A stretch of DNA of 64,000 bases, taken from NCBI RefSeq assembly GCF_020745735.1, contig NC_083443.1, forward strand, positions 19,581,006 through 19,645,005, read 5' to 3'. Within the stretch, counting starts at the first letter, position 1, and every line of letters starts with the position of its first letter. The DNA is from Hemiscyllium ocellatum (taxonomy: Eukaryota). Under the pieces are notes generated by a model, which worked only from the letters and a program-made list of their open reading frames with translations, did not search any database and was not told where the DNA came from. Of this stretch, positions 24,241 to 37,889 are shown in pieces. The position numbers and the translations under genes are program-made.

Positions 24241-25207
24241 TGAAACTTGTCTTTACTGCTGGGAGCAAAATTATTAAGATATGATTCCTGAGGTTACACC
24301 ATGGCTTCCCTCAAAGTTTATCCCTCAATATTTATCAAAACTTATCATTGCACAAGTCACAAATGAGAAACCAGAAATTTTAATAATTAAATACCAAACA
24401 ACTCACTTGATATCCGCTTGTTCTCTCCCACACTCTCTCATAAAGTCCCCCAATTTCCAAACCTCTGCCAAGTCCTAATTAAATAAGACATAAATTAACA
24501 TTTCAGCAAGCAAATAAGAGATTGTAATGTTGTTGGCTCAGCCAGCCTGACAAAACATATGTTGGTAAATGTATAATAAACTCACCGAGAAACACAATAA
24601 AGGCAAAAATAGTGAGGATGCTGAGAATCCGAAACAAGCATAGAGAATGCTGGAGAAGTTCAGCAGGTCTGGCAGCATCTGTGAAAAGAGAAACAGAGTT
24701 CAAATGTGGTCTATGACTCCTTTACAGAATGGAATTGGACAGGAAGTGAAGGATTTAAAAGTTTTGCTTAAGGCCAAACAAGCTAATACCCTCCATGAAC
24801 CACAGAAGCACAGTAAGGAACAGGCAATGGAAATACTGGCAGACAGTGATTTATATCCACTTGCAGAGTGTGGGTATCACTGGCTGGGTCAGCATTTATT
24901 GCCAGCCTCTAGTTGCCCCTGGGAAGGTGGTAGTGAGCTGCACTCTTGAACCACTGCAATCCACCTGCTGTGAGTTAACCCACACTGCCACTGGGAAGTG
25001 ATTTCCAGGATTTTGACCCAGTGACAGTGAAGGAATGGCAAATATATTTCCAAGTCAGGATGGTGAGTGGCTTAGAAAGGAACTTGAAGGTGGTGGCATT
25101 TCCATGCAACAGTTGCCCTTGTCCTTCTAAATTGAAGTAGTCATGGCTTCAGTAGGTGCTGTCTGGGGATCTTTGGTGAATTTCTGCAATACATCTTGTA
25201 GATAGAA

Positions 25208-25549
25208 ATGATGTGGAGGTGCTGAGGTGGACAAAGTTAAAAATCACACAACACTAGGTTATAATCCAACAGGTTTATTTGGGAGCACTAGCTTTCGGGG
25301 TGCTGCTCCTTCATCAGGTATCAAATGGGGCAGGATCATAAGACACAGAATTTATAGCAAAAGATCACAGTGTCATACAATTAAAATGATATATCGTTTT
25401 AATTGCATGGCACTGTGATCTCTTGCTATAAATTCTGTGTCTTATGATCCTGCCCCACTAGTTACATGATGAAAGAGCAGTGCTCTGAAAGCTAGTATCT
25501 CCAAATAAACCTGTTGGTCTATAACCTAGTGTTGTATGATTTTTAACTT
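25208..25549. mobile_element. Spacer-less 316-bp fold-back of a third Penelope-type terminal repeat (family C) with hammerhead motifs on both strands
   Basis: Arms 25234-25391 and 25392-25549 are centred on GATATATC. CTGATGAaggagcagcaccccGAAAGCTA on the - strand, with a mirror copy near 25465-25495. Confidence 0.8.
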
Positions 25550-25843
25550 CGCAGACGATACACACTGCCACTATTGAGCATGAATAATGGAGGGATTGGG
25601 TGCTTGTGGGTGTAGTGCTATTCAAGTATGAATAAATATACTTGAATTTTATTAAATAAAATAAACACATGCATTTATATAGCATCTTTCAGAACCTTTA
25701 ACATTAAAGGAATTTCACATTATCTCTTAATAGTAAACAACAACTGGGCAAGAATGAACACTTCATTGTTTACAATGCCTGCTAGGAGGAGTTATAAAGT
25801 GTGAGTATCTGAACAATATTAATGATAAACAGTTTTCGCTGCA

Positions 25844-26156
25844 TGGGCGGCACGGTGGCACAGTGGTTAGCACTGCTGCCTCACAGCGCCTGAGACCCAG
25901 GTTCAATTCCCGACTCAGGCGACTGACTGTGTGGAGTTTGCACATTCTCCCTGTGTCTGCGTGGGTTTCCTCCGGGTGCTCCGGTTTCCTCCCACAATCC
26001 AAAGTTGTGCAGGTCAGGTGAATTGGCCATGCTAAATTGCCTGTAGTGTTAGGTAAGGGGTAAATGTAGGGGTATGGGTGGGTTGCGCTTCGGCGGGTCG
26101 GTGTGGACTTGTTGGGCCAAAGGGCCTGTTTCCACACTGTAAGTAATCTAATCTAA
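25844..26156 (+). mobile_element. HE1-type V-SINE, young full-length copy
   Basis: Near-identical to 12067-12376. Confidence 0.92.
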
Positions 26157-26169
26157 AAAATACTATGAA

Positions 26170-27915
26170 CCATTTTGGCCCTATTGGAGGCAGTACAGAG
26201 ACGGTTCACTTGGTTAATTCCAGGAGTGGAGGGATTTCTTATGAGGAAAGGCTGAGTAGCTTAGGCCTGTATTCACTGGAGTTCAGAACAATAAGATGTG
26301 ACTTCATGGAAACATATAAGGTTCTTAGGAAGCTTGACAAGCTGAATGTGGAGAGGTTGCTTCCCCTTGCTAGAGAATCTAGGATCAAATAGAATAATCT
26401 CACACTAAAGGGTCACCATTAAAAACACAATTGAGGAGGAATTTCTTCTCTCAGAATGTAATGAAGCTATAGAATCTCTAACCACAGATTTTCAGGGCTG
26501 GGTCATTATGAATATTCACGACTGAGATAGATTTTGAATCAGTGAGGGAATCATAGGTGTGAGGAAAAGGATTGAAAATGGAGTTGAGGATTATCAGATC
26601 AAACAGCACTTCATTGAATGATTCAGCCAACTTAATAAGCTAAATGACCTACTTCTACTCTGACATCTTATGGTCTAGTAAGTAATGAAAAAAAAGAACG
26701 TTAATGGTCTGCTAACAATTTCTGCACACTAAAATTTTGATTGCACTTCCATTGGGAAAGGTTCCGAACTCAAAGCATAATATTGGAAAACTATTTTGTT
26801 TTAAGTTTCATGAATAATGAGGAGTAGGATTGAATTCTGGGTTTCAGAGAAAAAAATGCAACATTTCCTGAAAGAATTATATAATGACAAAGAACTGAAA
26901 TAACCATTGAAAGTAAGCACGCAGGTGCAGCAAGCAGCGAAGAAGGCTAATGGCATTTTGGCCTTCATAGCTACAGCATTCAGTTCAGGAGCAGGGATGT
27001 CTGCTGCAATTGTACAGGGCTTTGGGGAGACCATGCATGCAGTATTGTGTGAAGTTTTGGTCTCCTTATCTGAGGAAGGACGTTCTAGCTACGGAGAGAG
27101 TGCAAATGAAAGTTTGTCAGACTGATTGCTGGGATGGGTGGATTGATGTATGAAGAGAGACTGGATTGGTTAGGACTATATTTGCTGAAGTTTAGAGGAA
27201 GGGTGTGGGATTTCATAGAAACCTATAAACTTTTCATGGGACTAGACTGGCTAAATGCAGGAATGCTGTTACTGATGATTGGGGGGGGACCAGAACCAAT
27301 TTTAATCTAAGGATATGGGGTAAGCCATTTAGGTCACTGAGATAAGGAGAAATTTCTTCACTCAGTCAGTGGGGAGCCTGCAGAACTCTCTGCTACAGAA
27401 AGCAGTTGAGGCCAAAACATTGGATGCTTTCATTGAGGAATTAGAACATAGAACATAGAAAAATACACCGCAGTACAGGCCCTTCGGCCCTCGATGTTGC
27501 GCCGATCCAAGCCCACCTAACCTACACTAGCCCACTTTCCTCTATATGCCTATCCAATGCCCGTTTAAATGCCCATAAAGAGGGAGAGTCCACCACTGTT
27601 ACTGGCAGGGCATTCCATGAAGTCACAACTCGCTGAGTAAAGAATCTACCCCTAACATCATTCCTATACCTACCACCCCTTAATTTAAAGCTATGCCCCC
27701 TTGTAATAGCTGACTCCATACGTGGAAAAAGGTTCTCATGGTCAACCCTATCTAAACACCTAATTGGAATTGGATACAGTTCCTAGGGCTAAAGGGACCA
27801 AAGGATGTGGGGAAAAAATAGAAACATTGTCCTGAGTTGGATGATCACATTGAATGGCAGAACCAGGCTTGAAGGGCTGAATGGCCTACAACTACTCTTA
27901 TTTTTCATGATTCTA
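26170..27915 (+). mobile_element. Cluster of CR1-type 3' fragments (about 26170-26680 and 26900-27915), with a younger antisense CR1 3' end nested at about 27443-27763
   Basis: SYEERLSSLGLYSLEFR and QVQQAAKKANGILAFI on the + strand. TRGHSFKLRGGRY..RFFTQRVV..WNALP on the - strand. Confidence 0.8.
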
Positions 27916-28464
27916 ACAGAGAGAGCCATTGGGTTGGCTGTGATTGTGTGAGCTCTCTGAACGAGCTCTACGATTAGACCACTATTATTGACAACAATGT
28001 GTCCATTAGCTTCAGAATGGGATAAAAAGGAAGCTCATACAGATACCATTACACTTCACAAGTCAACCTCACTATCAAATCAGCTCTGAAATGACAGCCC
28101 ATTATTCAAAGCAATTTAATTTTCTCTTCAGATAAAGGGATTAAATGTGAAAAAAATGGATGAATTGCTGTTGTTACTTTATAAGAGGAAAGAGGGCCTT
28201 ATAATCACAATTATAATTTATAGAAGACCTTATGACTGTTTGAAAATTTATGTAATTATTTGTCATCAAATATTTATTGTATCCAGAAGTGCATTAGTGC
28301 TTGCTTCTTCATTAATACAATTTTGTTCTGCTTATTTATGGCATACAATTAACTGTTGGATGAAATATGGCAAGACTTTTAGTTTCACTTTGCTATAGGA
28401 GCCAGGGGAAGGAGCGAGTAGGGGAAAGCACACAACGATCAGCTTTCAGATTTTGTCAGGACAA

Positions 28465-28669
28465 TGATTTGGAGATGCTGGTGTTGGACTGGGGTGTACA
28501 AAGCTAAAACTCACACAACGCCAGGTTATAGCCCAATAGGTTTAATTGGAAGCACTAGCTTTCGGACCGCTGCTCCTTCATCACCACCTGATAAAGGAGC
28601 AGCGCTCCGAGAGCTAGTGCTTCCAATTAAACCTGTTGGACTTTAACCTGGTGTTGTGTGATTTTCAGC
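28465..28669. mobile_element. Family-C fold-back insertion with hammerhead motifs
   Basis: Inverted arms around TCCTTCATCA ccacc TGATAAAGGA. Degenerate 13-bp TSD TTTGTCAGGACAA (28452-28464) and TTTATCAGGCCAA (28670-28682). Confidence 0.8.
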
Positions 28670-29309
28670 TTTATCAGGCCAAAATTTGCAACTTGCGAAA
28701 TCAAGTGCAATACTATTTCTCCTCACAATAGGATTTCATAGCACGCAGACCTGATACAGTTACATTTCTATCACAAACAGCTTCAATGCCCCCCTTGATG
28801 CTGCATTCGCTGACCTCAAACAGTGCAACAGGTTGGGTAGAACTGGCCAAGGATTTCCTGAATCTGGGCAAGGGAAATTGGCTGAGATTTTCACCCTGGT
28901 TACAATATGAAGGAAAATGCTTTATGAGAAATACATGACAGCCACGCCGTCTTTCACAGTGGGATTACCTGATGGCATTCCCTGCCAAGGCTCACATACA
29001 GAAATGACAATTTGGGCAAGATTCCAGGGGGCCACTGATACTGACAATTCTATGTCATTGTAGTACAAACACCTTGAGTCACAGAAGGCGGTGACAGAAG
29101 TTGAATAAAAGAAAATGAAGGAGCAGTTGGAAATTAACAAGTCACTGCCAATTCCCCATTTAAATCAGAATGCTTCACAACGATTTGATTTTTGACACAA
29201 GCAAGCAAATGAAGAGAGGTGTTTAATTTACAGAGTTTTGGAAGAGCACAGGAGTTGAAAAAACAGCTTAGAATAGTTTAAAGGAAATCACCAATGAAAA
29301 TCATGTCGG

Positions 29310-30505
29310 TAATGGGCAGCATGGTTTTGTGCGGGGAAGGTCATGTCTTACAAACCTAATAGAATTCTTTGAGGAGGTGACAAAGTTAATTGATGGAGGA
29401 AGGGCAGTGGATGTTATATACGTGGACTTTAATAAGGCATTTGTTAAGGTTCCCCATGGTAAGCTGACGGAGAAGGTGAAGTCACATTCAGATCCAGGAT
29501 GTTCTAGCTAGATGGATAGAGAATTGGCTTGGCAAAAGGAGACAGAGAGTATTGTGGAAGGGAGTTTCTCAAAATGGAGAACTGAGACCAGTGCAGTTCC
29601 ACAGGGATCCGTGCTGGGACCACTGTTGTACAAGTTTGCAGATGACGGTAAGATTGTTGGAGTAGCAGATAGTGAAGGGGACTGTCAGAGAATACAGCAG
29701 ATTATAGATAGATTGGAGAGATGGGCAGAGAAATGGCAGATGGAGTTCAATCCAGGCAAATTTGAGTGATACATTTTGGAAGATCCAATCCAAAAGTGAA
29801 CTGTACAGTAAATGGAAAAGTCCTGGGGAAAATTGACGTGCAGGTATTCAGGTCCATTGTTCCCTGAACAATGTGGCAATGCAGGTCAGTGAAGTGGTCA
29901 CGAAAACAAATGTCATGCTTTCCTTCATTGGACGGGGTATTGAGTACAAGAGTTGGCACGTCATGTCACAGTTGTGTAAGACTTTGGTTCAGCCGCATTT
30001 GGAATACTGAGTACAGTTCTAGTCGCCACCTTACCAAAAGGATATGGATGCTTTGGAAAGGATGCAGAGGAGATTCACCAGGATGTTGCCTGGTATGGAG
30101 GGTGCTGGCTATGAAGGGAGGTTGAATAGATTAGGATTATTTTCATTAGAAAGAGGGAGGTTGAGAGGTCTTGATTGAGGTCTACAAACTCATGAGAGAT
30201 ATAGACAAGGTGGATAGCAAGAAGCTTTTTCCCAGAGTGAGAGGGGAAAGGTTTAGGGGAGATATGCGTGGAAAGTTCTTTATGCAGAGGATGGTGGGGG
30301 CCAAGCATTGCCAGCAGAGGTGGTAGAGACAGGGACAATAGTGTCATTTAAGATGTATCTAGACAGATACATAATGGAAAGGAGCAAAGGGATACAGATC
30401 TTTAGAAAATAGGCGACAGATTTAGATAGAGGATCTGGATCAACACAGGCTTGGAGGGCTGAAGGACCTGTTCCTATGCTGTCATTTTCTTTGTTCTTTG
30501 TTGTT
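29310..30505 (+). mobile_element. CR1-type LINE RT fragment, 5'-truncated and decayed
   Basis: [44 protein letters not shown] and WAEKWQMEFN motifs with frameshifts. Confidence 0.92.
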
Positions 30506-31041
30506 TTCTTCCAACTTCTCCCTGTTTATATTCAATATTTCCTTAGAAAGAAAACTTCTAAACTGCAGGAGGATTATTTGAATTCTCAAAAAAGACTCAT
30601 TAGTATTTTGGATGGTTTATGATGTCAATATTTTACTAATTTAAAGTAATACTTTGACAGTATTTTGGGATCAGTCATAGTTCTCAAAAACCTTAAGTTC
30701 TCATTCAATTTCAGTGCCAGGCATCCATATAAGGAACCCATACAATCATATAAAAGCAGGTCAGTTAAAATGTGATACAGCAAAAGTACAAAAAATTGAA
30801 ACCTCCCAAATAGAATTGTTCAGATCAGAATGCAGCATCAAGACACATTGTATAGTTCTGTCTGTAACATACATACACTTGGCACTAGTGACAGCTTCCT
30901 CTCTTTGCTGTATCCAGCATCAACAGATTTCCTTCAACATACTTAATAGGCATCAAGACTTGACTGCCAGAATGTACTTTAGTTTTACAATATATATTAC
31001 ATACTTGCTCTAATCACATAGTGGACTCTATTCAAAACAAA

Positions 31042-34000
31042 TAGAGTCAGAGAGATGTACAGCACGGAAACAGACCCTTCGGTCCAACACGTCCATGCTA
31101 ACCAGATATCCCAACTCAATCTAGTCCCACCTGCCAGCACCTGGCCCATATCCCTGCAAACCCTTCCTATTCATATACCCATCCAAGTGCCTTTTAAATG
31201 TTACAATTGTACCAGCCTCCTCCACCTCCTCTAATAGCTCATTCCATACACATGCTACCCTCTGTGTGAAAAAGTTGCCCCTTAGGTCTCTTTTATATCT
31301 TTCCCCTCTCATCCTAAACCTATGCCCCTCTAGTTCTGGACTCCCCCAACCCATGGAAAAGACTTTGTCTATTTATCCTATCCATGCCCCTCATAATTTT
31401 GTAAACCTGCATAAGGTCACCCCTTAGCCTCCAACACTCCAGGGAAAACAGCCCCAGCCTGTTCAGCCTCTCCCTACAGCTCCAATCCTCCAACCCTGGC
31501 AACATCCTTGTAAAGCTTTTCTGAACCCTTTCAAGTTTCACAACATCTTTCCGATTGGAAGGAGACCAGAATTGCACGCAATATTCCAACAGTGGCCAAA
31601 CCAATGTCCTGTACAGCCGTAACATGACCTCCCAACTCCTGTACTCAATACTCTGACCAATAAAGGAAAGCATACCAAACGCCTTCTTCACTATCCTATC
31701 TACATGCAACTCCACTTTCAAGGAGCTATGAACCTGAACTCCAAGATCACTTCATTCAGCAACACTCCCTAGGACCTCACCATTAAGTGTATACATCCTG
31801 CCAAGATTTGTTTTCCCAAAATGCAGCACCTCGCATTTATCTGAATTAAACTCCATTTGCTACTTCTCAGCCCATTGGCCCATCTGATCAAGATCCTGCT
31901 GTAATCTGACATAATCTTCATCACAGTCCACTACAGCTCCAATTTTGGTGTCATCTGCAAACTTACTAACTGCTTGCATCCAAATCATTTATATACATGA
32001 TGAAAAGTAGAGGACCTAGCACTGATCCTTGTGGCACTCCACTGGTCACAGGTCTCCAGTTTGGAAAAAAACCCTCCACCACTACTCTCCATCTTCTACA
32101 TTTGAGCCATTTCTGTATCCAATTGGCTAGATCTCCCTGTATTCCATGAGATCTAACCTTGCTAACCAGTATTCCATGGGAAACATTGTCGAACGCCTTA
32201 CTGAAATACATCTACTGCTCTGCCCTCATCAATCCTTTCTGTTCCTTCTTCAAAAAACTCAATCAAGTTTGTGAGACATTATTTCCCAAACTCAAAGCCA
32301 TGTTGACTATCTCTAATCAGTCCTTGCTTTTCCAAATACATGTACATCCTGTCCCTCAGGATTCCTTCCAACAACTTGCCCACCACTGATGTCAGGCTCA
32401 CTGGTCTATAGTTCCCTGGTTTATCCTTATCGCCTTTCTTAAATAGTGGCGCCACATTAGCCAACCTCCAGTCTTTCGGCACCTCACCTGTGACTATCGA
32501 TGATACAAATATCTCAGCATGAGGCTCAGCAATCACTTCCCTAGCTTCCTACAGAGTTCTCGGGTACACCTGATCAGGTCCTGGGGATTTATCCACATTC
32601 GTGCATTTCAAGACATCCAGCACTTCCTCCTCTGTAATATGGACATTTTTCAAGATGTCACCATCTATTTCCCTACAGTCTATATCTTCCATTTCCTTTT
32701 CCACAAAAAATACTGATGCAAAATATTCATTTAGTATCTCCCCTATTTTCTGTGGATCCACACAAAGGCCGCCTTGCTGATCTTTGAGGGGCCCTATTCT
32801 CTCCCTAGTTACCCTTTTGTCCTTAATATATTTGTAAAACCCTTTGGATTCTCCTTAATTCTATTTGCCAAAGCTATCTCATGTCCCCGTTTTGCCCTCC
32901 TAATTTCCCTCTTAAGTATACTCCTACTGCCTTTTGTACTCTTCTAAGGATTCACTCGATCTATCCTGTCTATACCTGACATATGTTTCCTTCTTTTTCT
33001 TAACCAAACCCTCAATTTCTTTAGTCATCCAGCATTCCCTATACCTACCAGCCTTTTCTTTCACCCTAACTTTCTCTGGACTCTCATTATCTCATTCTGA
33101 AGGCTTACCATTTTCCAGACATTCCTTTACCTGCGAACATCTGCCTCCAATCAGCTTTTGAAAATTCTTGCCTATTACCATCAAAATTGGCCTTTCTCCA
33201 GTTTAGAACTTCAACTTTTAGATCTGGTCTATCCTTTCCCATCACTATTTTAAAACGAATAGAATTATGGTCACTGGCCCCAAAATGCTTCCGCACTGAC
33301 ACCTCAGTCACCTGCATGTCTTATTACCCAAGGGTAGGTCAAGCTTTGTACCTTCTCTAGTAGGTACATCCACATACTGAATCAGAAAATTTTCTTGTAC
33401 ACACTTAACAAATTCCTCTCCATCTAAACCCTTAAGACTATGTAGTCCCAGTCTATGTTTGGAAAGTTAAAATCCCCTACCATAACCACCCTATTAATCT
33501 TACGGATAGCTGAGATCTTCTTACAAATTTATTTCTCAATTTCCCTCTGACTATTAGGGGGTGTATAATACAATCCCAATAAGATGATCATCAGTTCCAC
33601 CCAAATAACTTCCCTGGATGTATTTCCGGGAATATCCTCCCTCTGTACAGCTGTAATGCTATCCCTTATCAAAAATGTCACTCCCCCTCCTCTCTTGCCT
33701 CCCTTTCTATCCTTCCTGTAGCATTTGTATCCTGGAACATTGAACTGCAAATCCTATCCATCCCTGAGCCATGTTTCCATAATTGCTATGATATCCCAGT
33801 CCCATGTTCCTAACCATGTCCTGAGTTTATCTGCCTTCCCTGTTAGGCCCCTTGCATTGAAATAAATGCAGTTTAATTTATTCGTCCTACCTTGTCCCTG
33901 CCTGCCCTGACTGTTTGACTCATTTCTGTTCTCAACTGTACCAGCCTCAGATTGATCTCTTTCCTCACTGTCTCCCTGGGTCCCACCCCTCCAACTTGCT

Positions 34001-35540
34001 AGTTTAAATCCTCCCGAGCAGCTCTAGCAAATTTCTCTGCCAGTATATTAGTCCCCTTCCAATTTAGGTGCAATCTGTCCTTCTTGTACAGGTCACTTAT
34101 ACCCCAAAAGAGGTTCCAATGATCCAAAAATGTGAATCCTTCTCCCATACACCAGCTCCTCAGCCATGCATTCATCTGCTCTATCCTCCTATTCCTACCC
34201 TCACTAGCTCATAGCGCCGGGAGTAATCCAGATATTACTACTCTCAAGAATCTCCTTTTTTAAATTCCTGCCTAAGTCTCTGTCATCTCCCTTCAGAATT
34301 TCAACCTTTTCCCTTCTTATGTGTTTGGTTCCAATGTGGACAATGACCTCTTGTTGGCCCCTCTCCCCCGTGAGAACATGCTGCACCCTCTCTGAGACAC
34401 CCTTGATCCTGGCACCAGGGAAGCAACATACCATTTTGATTTCTCGCTGCTGACCACAGAAACGTCTGTCTGTACCTTGGACTAGAGAGTCTCCTAACAC
34501 AATTGATCTCTTGGAATCCAACATACCCTTCATTGCATTACAGCCAGCCTCAATACCAGAAACTTGGCTGTTCATGCTACGTTCCCCTGAGAATCCATCA
34601 CCCCCTATATTTTCCAAAACAGCATACTTGTTTGAAATGGGGATAGCCACAGAAGATACCTGCACTAGCTGCCTACCTCTCTTACTTTTCCTGGAGTTAA
34701 CCCATCTATGTGACTCTATCTGCGACTTTTCGTCCTTCCTATAACTGTCATTCATCACATACAATTTCTGTTGCAAATTCTTTATTGCCTCTAAATGTTT
34801 CTCCAACCGATCTATTCAATCTGATAGGATTTGCAACCAACAGCATTTATTGCAGATATAATTCACAGTAATCCATAAACTCTCCTTAAATTTCCACATC
34901 TGACAAGAAGTGCATATCACTCTACGAAAGGCCATTTTTGCTCCTTCATAATCTACAGACCCAGAAAATAATACCATCTTATTCCTCTACAAAACACTGC
35001 TCCAGGTTAAATTAATACTTATGGCTTATATTTTAAGGTTAATCAAGAGACATATCACAAAAAACATATAATCAAGAAAGAACCCACTCTACTCACTACT
35101 GCAGAACTTCTGTAGGCCATACTTAAAATTATTCACTTATCTGATTCTGTGCTGTGACCCAAATAGTTCCTCCAAGATCAGTTGTGAATTTCATTGTTTT
35201 TTAATTTTCGCAGATGCACTCTGATGTCCAGTGATACATGAATTCAAACATCAAAGGCAGTAACTGTACAGGTTCACTGTGGTGTCAGTTTCTTTCTCTC
35301 TCTCTCTCTCTCCTGTGCTGACCTCACTAAGTGCTTCCTTTGTCTGTTCTTCTCCCTTTTAAAAATGCTGTGTTTTGACTTTTTTTTCCAAAGTTCCAAA
35401 ACAATGCAACAGCATATAAAACAGTAATTGCTGCTCCTGGAATTCACAGAAATCACCTCCAACACCTAAAATACCTCAAAAAAGGAGCAACGGTTACAGC
35501 CAGAAATTTTTCCCGTCCTCCATCTTGGATTACCCAGAAT
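31042..35540 (-). mobile_element. Near full-length (about 4.5 kb) CR1/HER1-type LINE, inactivated. ORF1 has a Zn-finger and SGNH-esterase domain, ORF2 has APE endonuclease and RT
   Basis: ORF1 ATG at 34935 (MAFRRVICTSCQMW...), with IVLGDSLV, VCCFPGARI and VIVHIGT. ORF2 fragments include [56 protein letters not shown] and LEYCVQFWSP. Multiple stops and frameshifts. Confidence 0.93.
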
Positions 35541-36394
35541 ATGTTTTCCACAGACAGTCATTAAGAACTTCTTTTGAAAGTGCCCAGGAAAATGTTCAGT
35601 GTTCTGATCATCATTGTCAGAATTTGCTGGTAAGAACTGTAATGTTTAGAAATCAACAATTGACTAGGATGTTATGGTTGTGAAGACTGCTCACATGACA
35701 CCGATATGATAAAAAAACAGAAATTGCTGGAAAAGCTCAACAGATCTGGCAACATCCTGGAGAGATAGTAGAGTCAATGTTTCACATCCAGTGACTCTTC
35801 GTCAGAACGTATATTTTGAGTCTGCAACAACTTCTTCAGAACAGAAAGGTGTTAGAAACCAAATATTTTGTCAAAAGTATAACGTACAAAAAAGAATCTG
35901 TTTTCTATCCCCTTTCAGTTCCAAAGAAAAGTCATTTAAGACTTGAAAAATTAACTCTGTTTCTCTCTCCACACATGCTGCCAGACCTACTGAGTTTCTC
36001 CAGCATTCTCTGTATTTGTTTCAAATTTCCAGTCTCTGCAGTATTTTGCAAATCAAAATGTCAATGTGTTCATTTAATTAGCAAGGGAGGTTTACTCATC
36101 TGATTGATTTAGTGTTTGAGACCAGTGCTGTAATAATAATCCTAACCTGAAAACGAATTGATTCTTTCCCAGGTTTTTTTTTGCAAAGTGGCTCTTTTGT
36201 TCCCTTAGTTGGGGACCACTGTGAGAGCACAATCACCACAATCAACCTTAGTGTTTCAAAGAAGCCAGCAATAGCATCTCGAGGCATCAAGGAATGGGCA
36301 ACTGTAAGGTTTTTCCAGCATCACCTATATCCTGGGAACAACAAAAATCAAAAACAAAGACTAAATAATTACTGTAAATTCAAACTGTACACCA

Positions 36395-36690
36395 GTACAG
36401 TGGCTCAGTGGTTAGCACTGCTGCCTCATAGCGTTAGGAACCTGGATTTGATTCCAGTCTCAGGTGACTGTCTGTGTGGAGGTTACTTGTTCTCCCATGT
36501 CTGCGTGCGTTTCCTCCAAATGCTCCAATTTCCTCCCATAGTCCATAGATATGCAGGTTAGGTGGATTGGCCATGCTAACTTGCCCTGTAAGGTCCAGGG
36601 ATTTGCAGGCTAGGTGGAATAGCTGTGGGAAATGCAGGTGTAGAGTAGAGGGGTGAGGTTGGGTTAGATGCTCTTCAGTCCGACCAGTCT
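36395..36690 (+). mobile_element. Older V-SINE copy
   Basis: GTGGCTCAGTGGTTAGCACTGCTGCCTC head and V-domain. Confidence 0.8.
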
Positions 36691-36699
36691 TCCTCCTCT

Positions 36700-37330
36700 C
36701 ACCTTAAAAATATGCCTCTAGTTTTGAAGCCCCCACCCTAGGGAAAAGACCCCAATTATTCACCTTGTCCATGCCCCTCATGGTTCTATAAACCTCAATA
36801 GAGGCACCCCCCAACTTCCTATACTCCAGCGAAAAGCGTCCAAGCCTTTCCAGTCCATCCCAAACCCCCTGTTCCTGGCAACATCCTGGCAAGTTTTTTT
36901 CTGAGCCCTCTCCAGCTTAATAATATCCTTCCCATAACAGGGAGACCACAACTGGACACTCCAGAGGAGGCCTCACCAACGTCCTCAGGCCTGAAGGGTT
37001 ACATCCGAAATGCTGACTTCTCCACCTCCTGCTGCTGCCTGACTTGCTGTGTTCTTCCAGCCTCCTGCTTGTCTACTTTGGATTCCAGCATCTGCAGTTT
37101 TTTTGGTCTCTTCTTAACCACCCTATCTACCTGTAATGCAAATTTCAAAGAATTAAATACCTGTGCCCCTAGATTTCTCTGTTCTATAACACTATGCAAG
37201 GCCCTCCTATTAATTGTATAAGCCTTGTCTTTGTTTTTATTCCCAAAATTTAATACCGCCCGCACTTATCCAAATTAAACTCCATCTGCCAATCCTCAGC
37301 CCCATTGACCCAATTGATTAAGATCTCTTT
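36700..37330 (-). mobile_element. CR1-type fragment with a short Penelope-type terminal repeat nested at about 36985-37105
   Basis: LERLGRFSLEYRKL..IEVYR on the - strand. The nested piece reads CTGAAGGGTTACATCCGAAATG..CCAGCATCTGCAG. Confidence 0.7.
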
Positions 37331-37333
37331 GGG

Positions 37334-37790
37334 GTTTAGTGGCTAGCTGGTGTTTGTGGATGCAGATTGCCAGTTGTCTGCCACTGCACAGTGTTATGTG
37401 CAGTTTTTGCATGAATCTTGCAAATTATGTTAGCCACTAAACACCACGACTAGCTGCCCCTAGTAGCCACACAAACAGATGACAAGGGCCACATATTTGA
37501 CTGGGACAACACAACGATCATAGGACAAGCCAACCATAGGACAGTCATAGAATTTCTAGAAGCATGGCACTCATCCACAGACTCAATCAACAAACACATT
37601 GACCTTGACCCCATATAGCAGCCACTATACCGAACAACCAGAACTGCAGCCAAAAACAGAAATGCATCCAAATAAATTCCAGAAAACACAATACTGTAGG
37701 AAGCTCCAAAACACTGAAGATGTCACCTAGACAGGGGACGAAACGCCTGCAAATCAACTTCCCAGCTCAGCGAACATACCCACAACTATG
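37334..37790 (+). mobile_element. Penelope-like 3' fragment with a 5' inverted segment and hammerhead motif
   Basis: 37431-37790 is homologous to 18145-18500 (EFLEAWHSSTDSINKHIDLDP). 37334-37430 is upstream endonuclease sequence in reverse orientation. CTGAAGA..GAAACGCC at about 37713-37748. Confidence 0.8.
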
Positions 37791-37889
37791 ACGCAATACC
37801 CAGTTTCGATCCATTTGGCAAGTTCTCCCTGAATCCAGTGTGATCCAGTTTTATTCGTTAGTCTACCATGCAGAACCTGGTCAAAGTAG

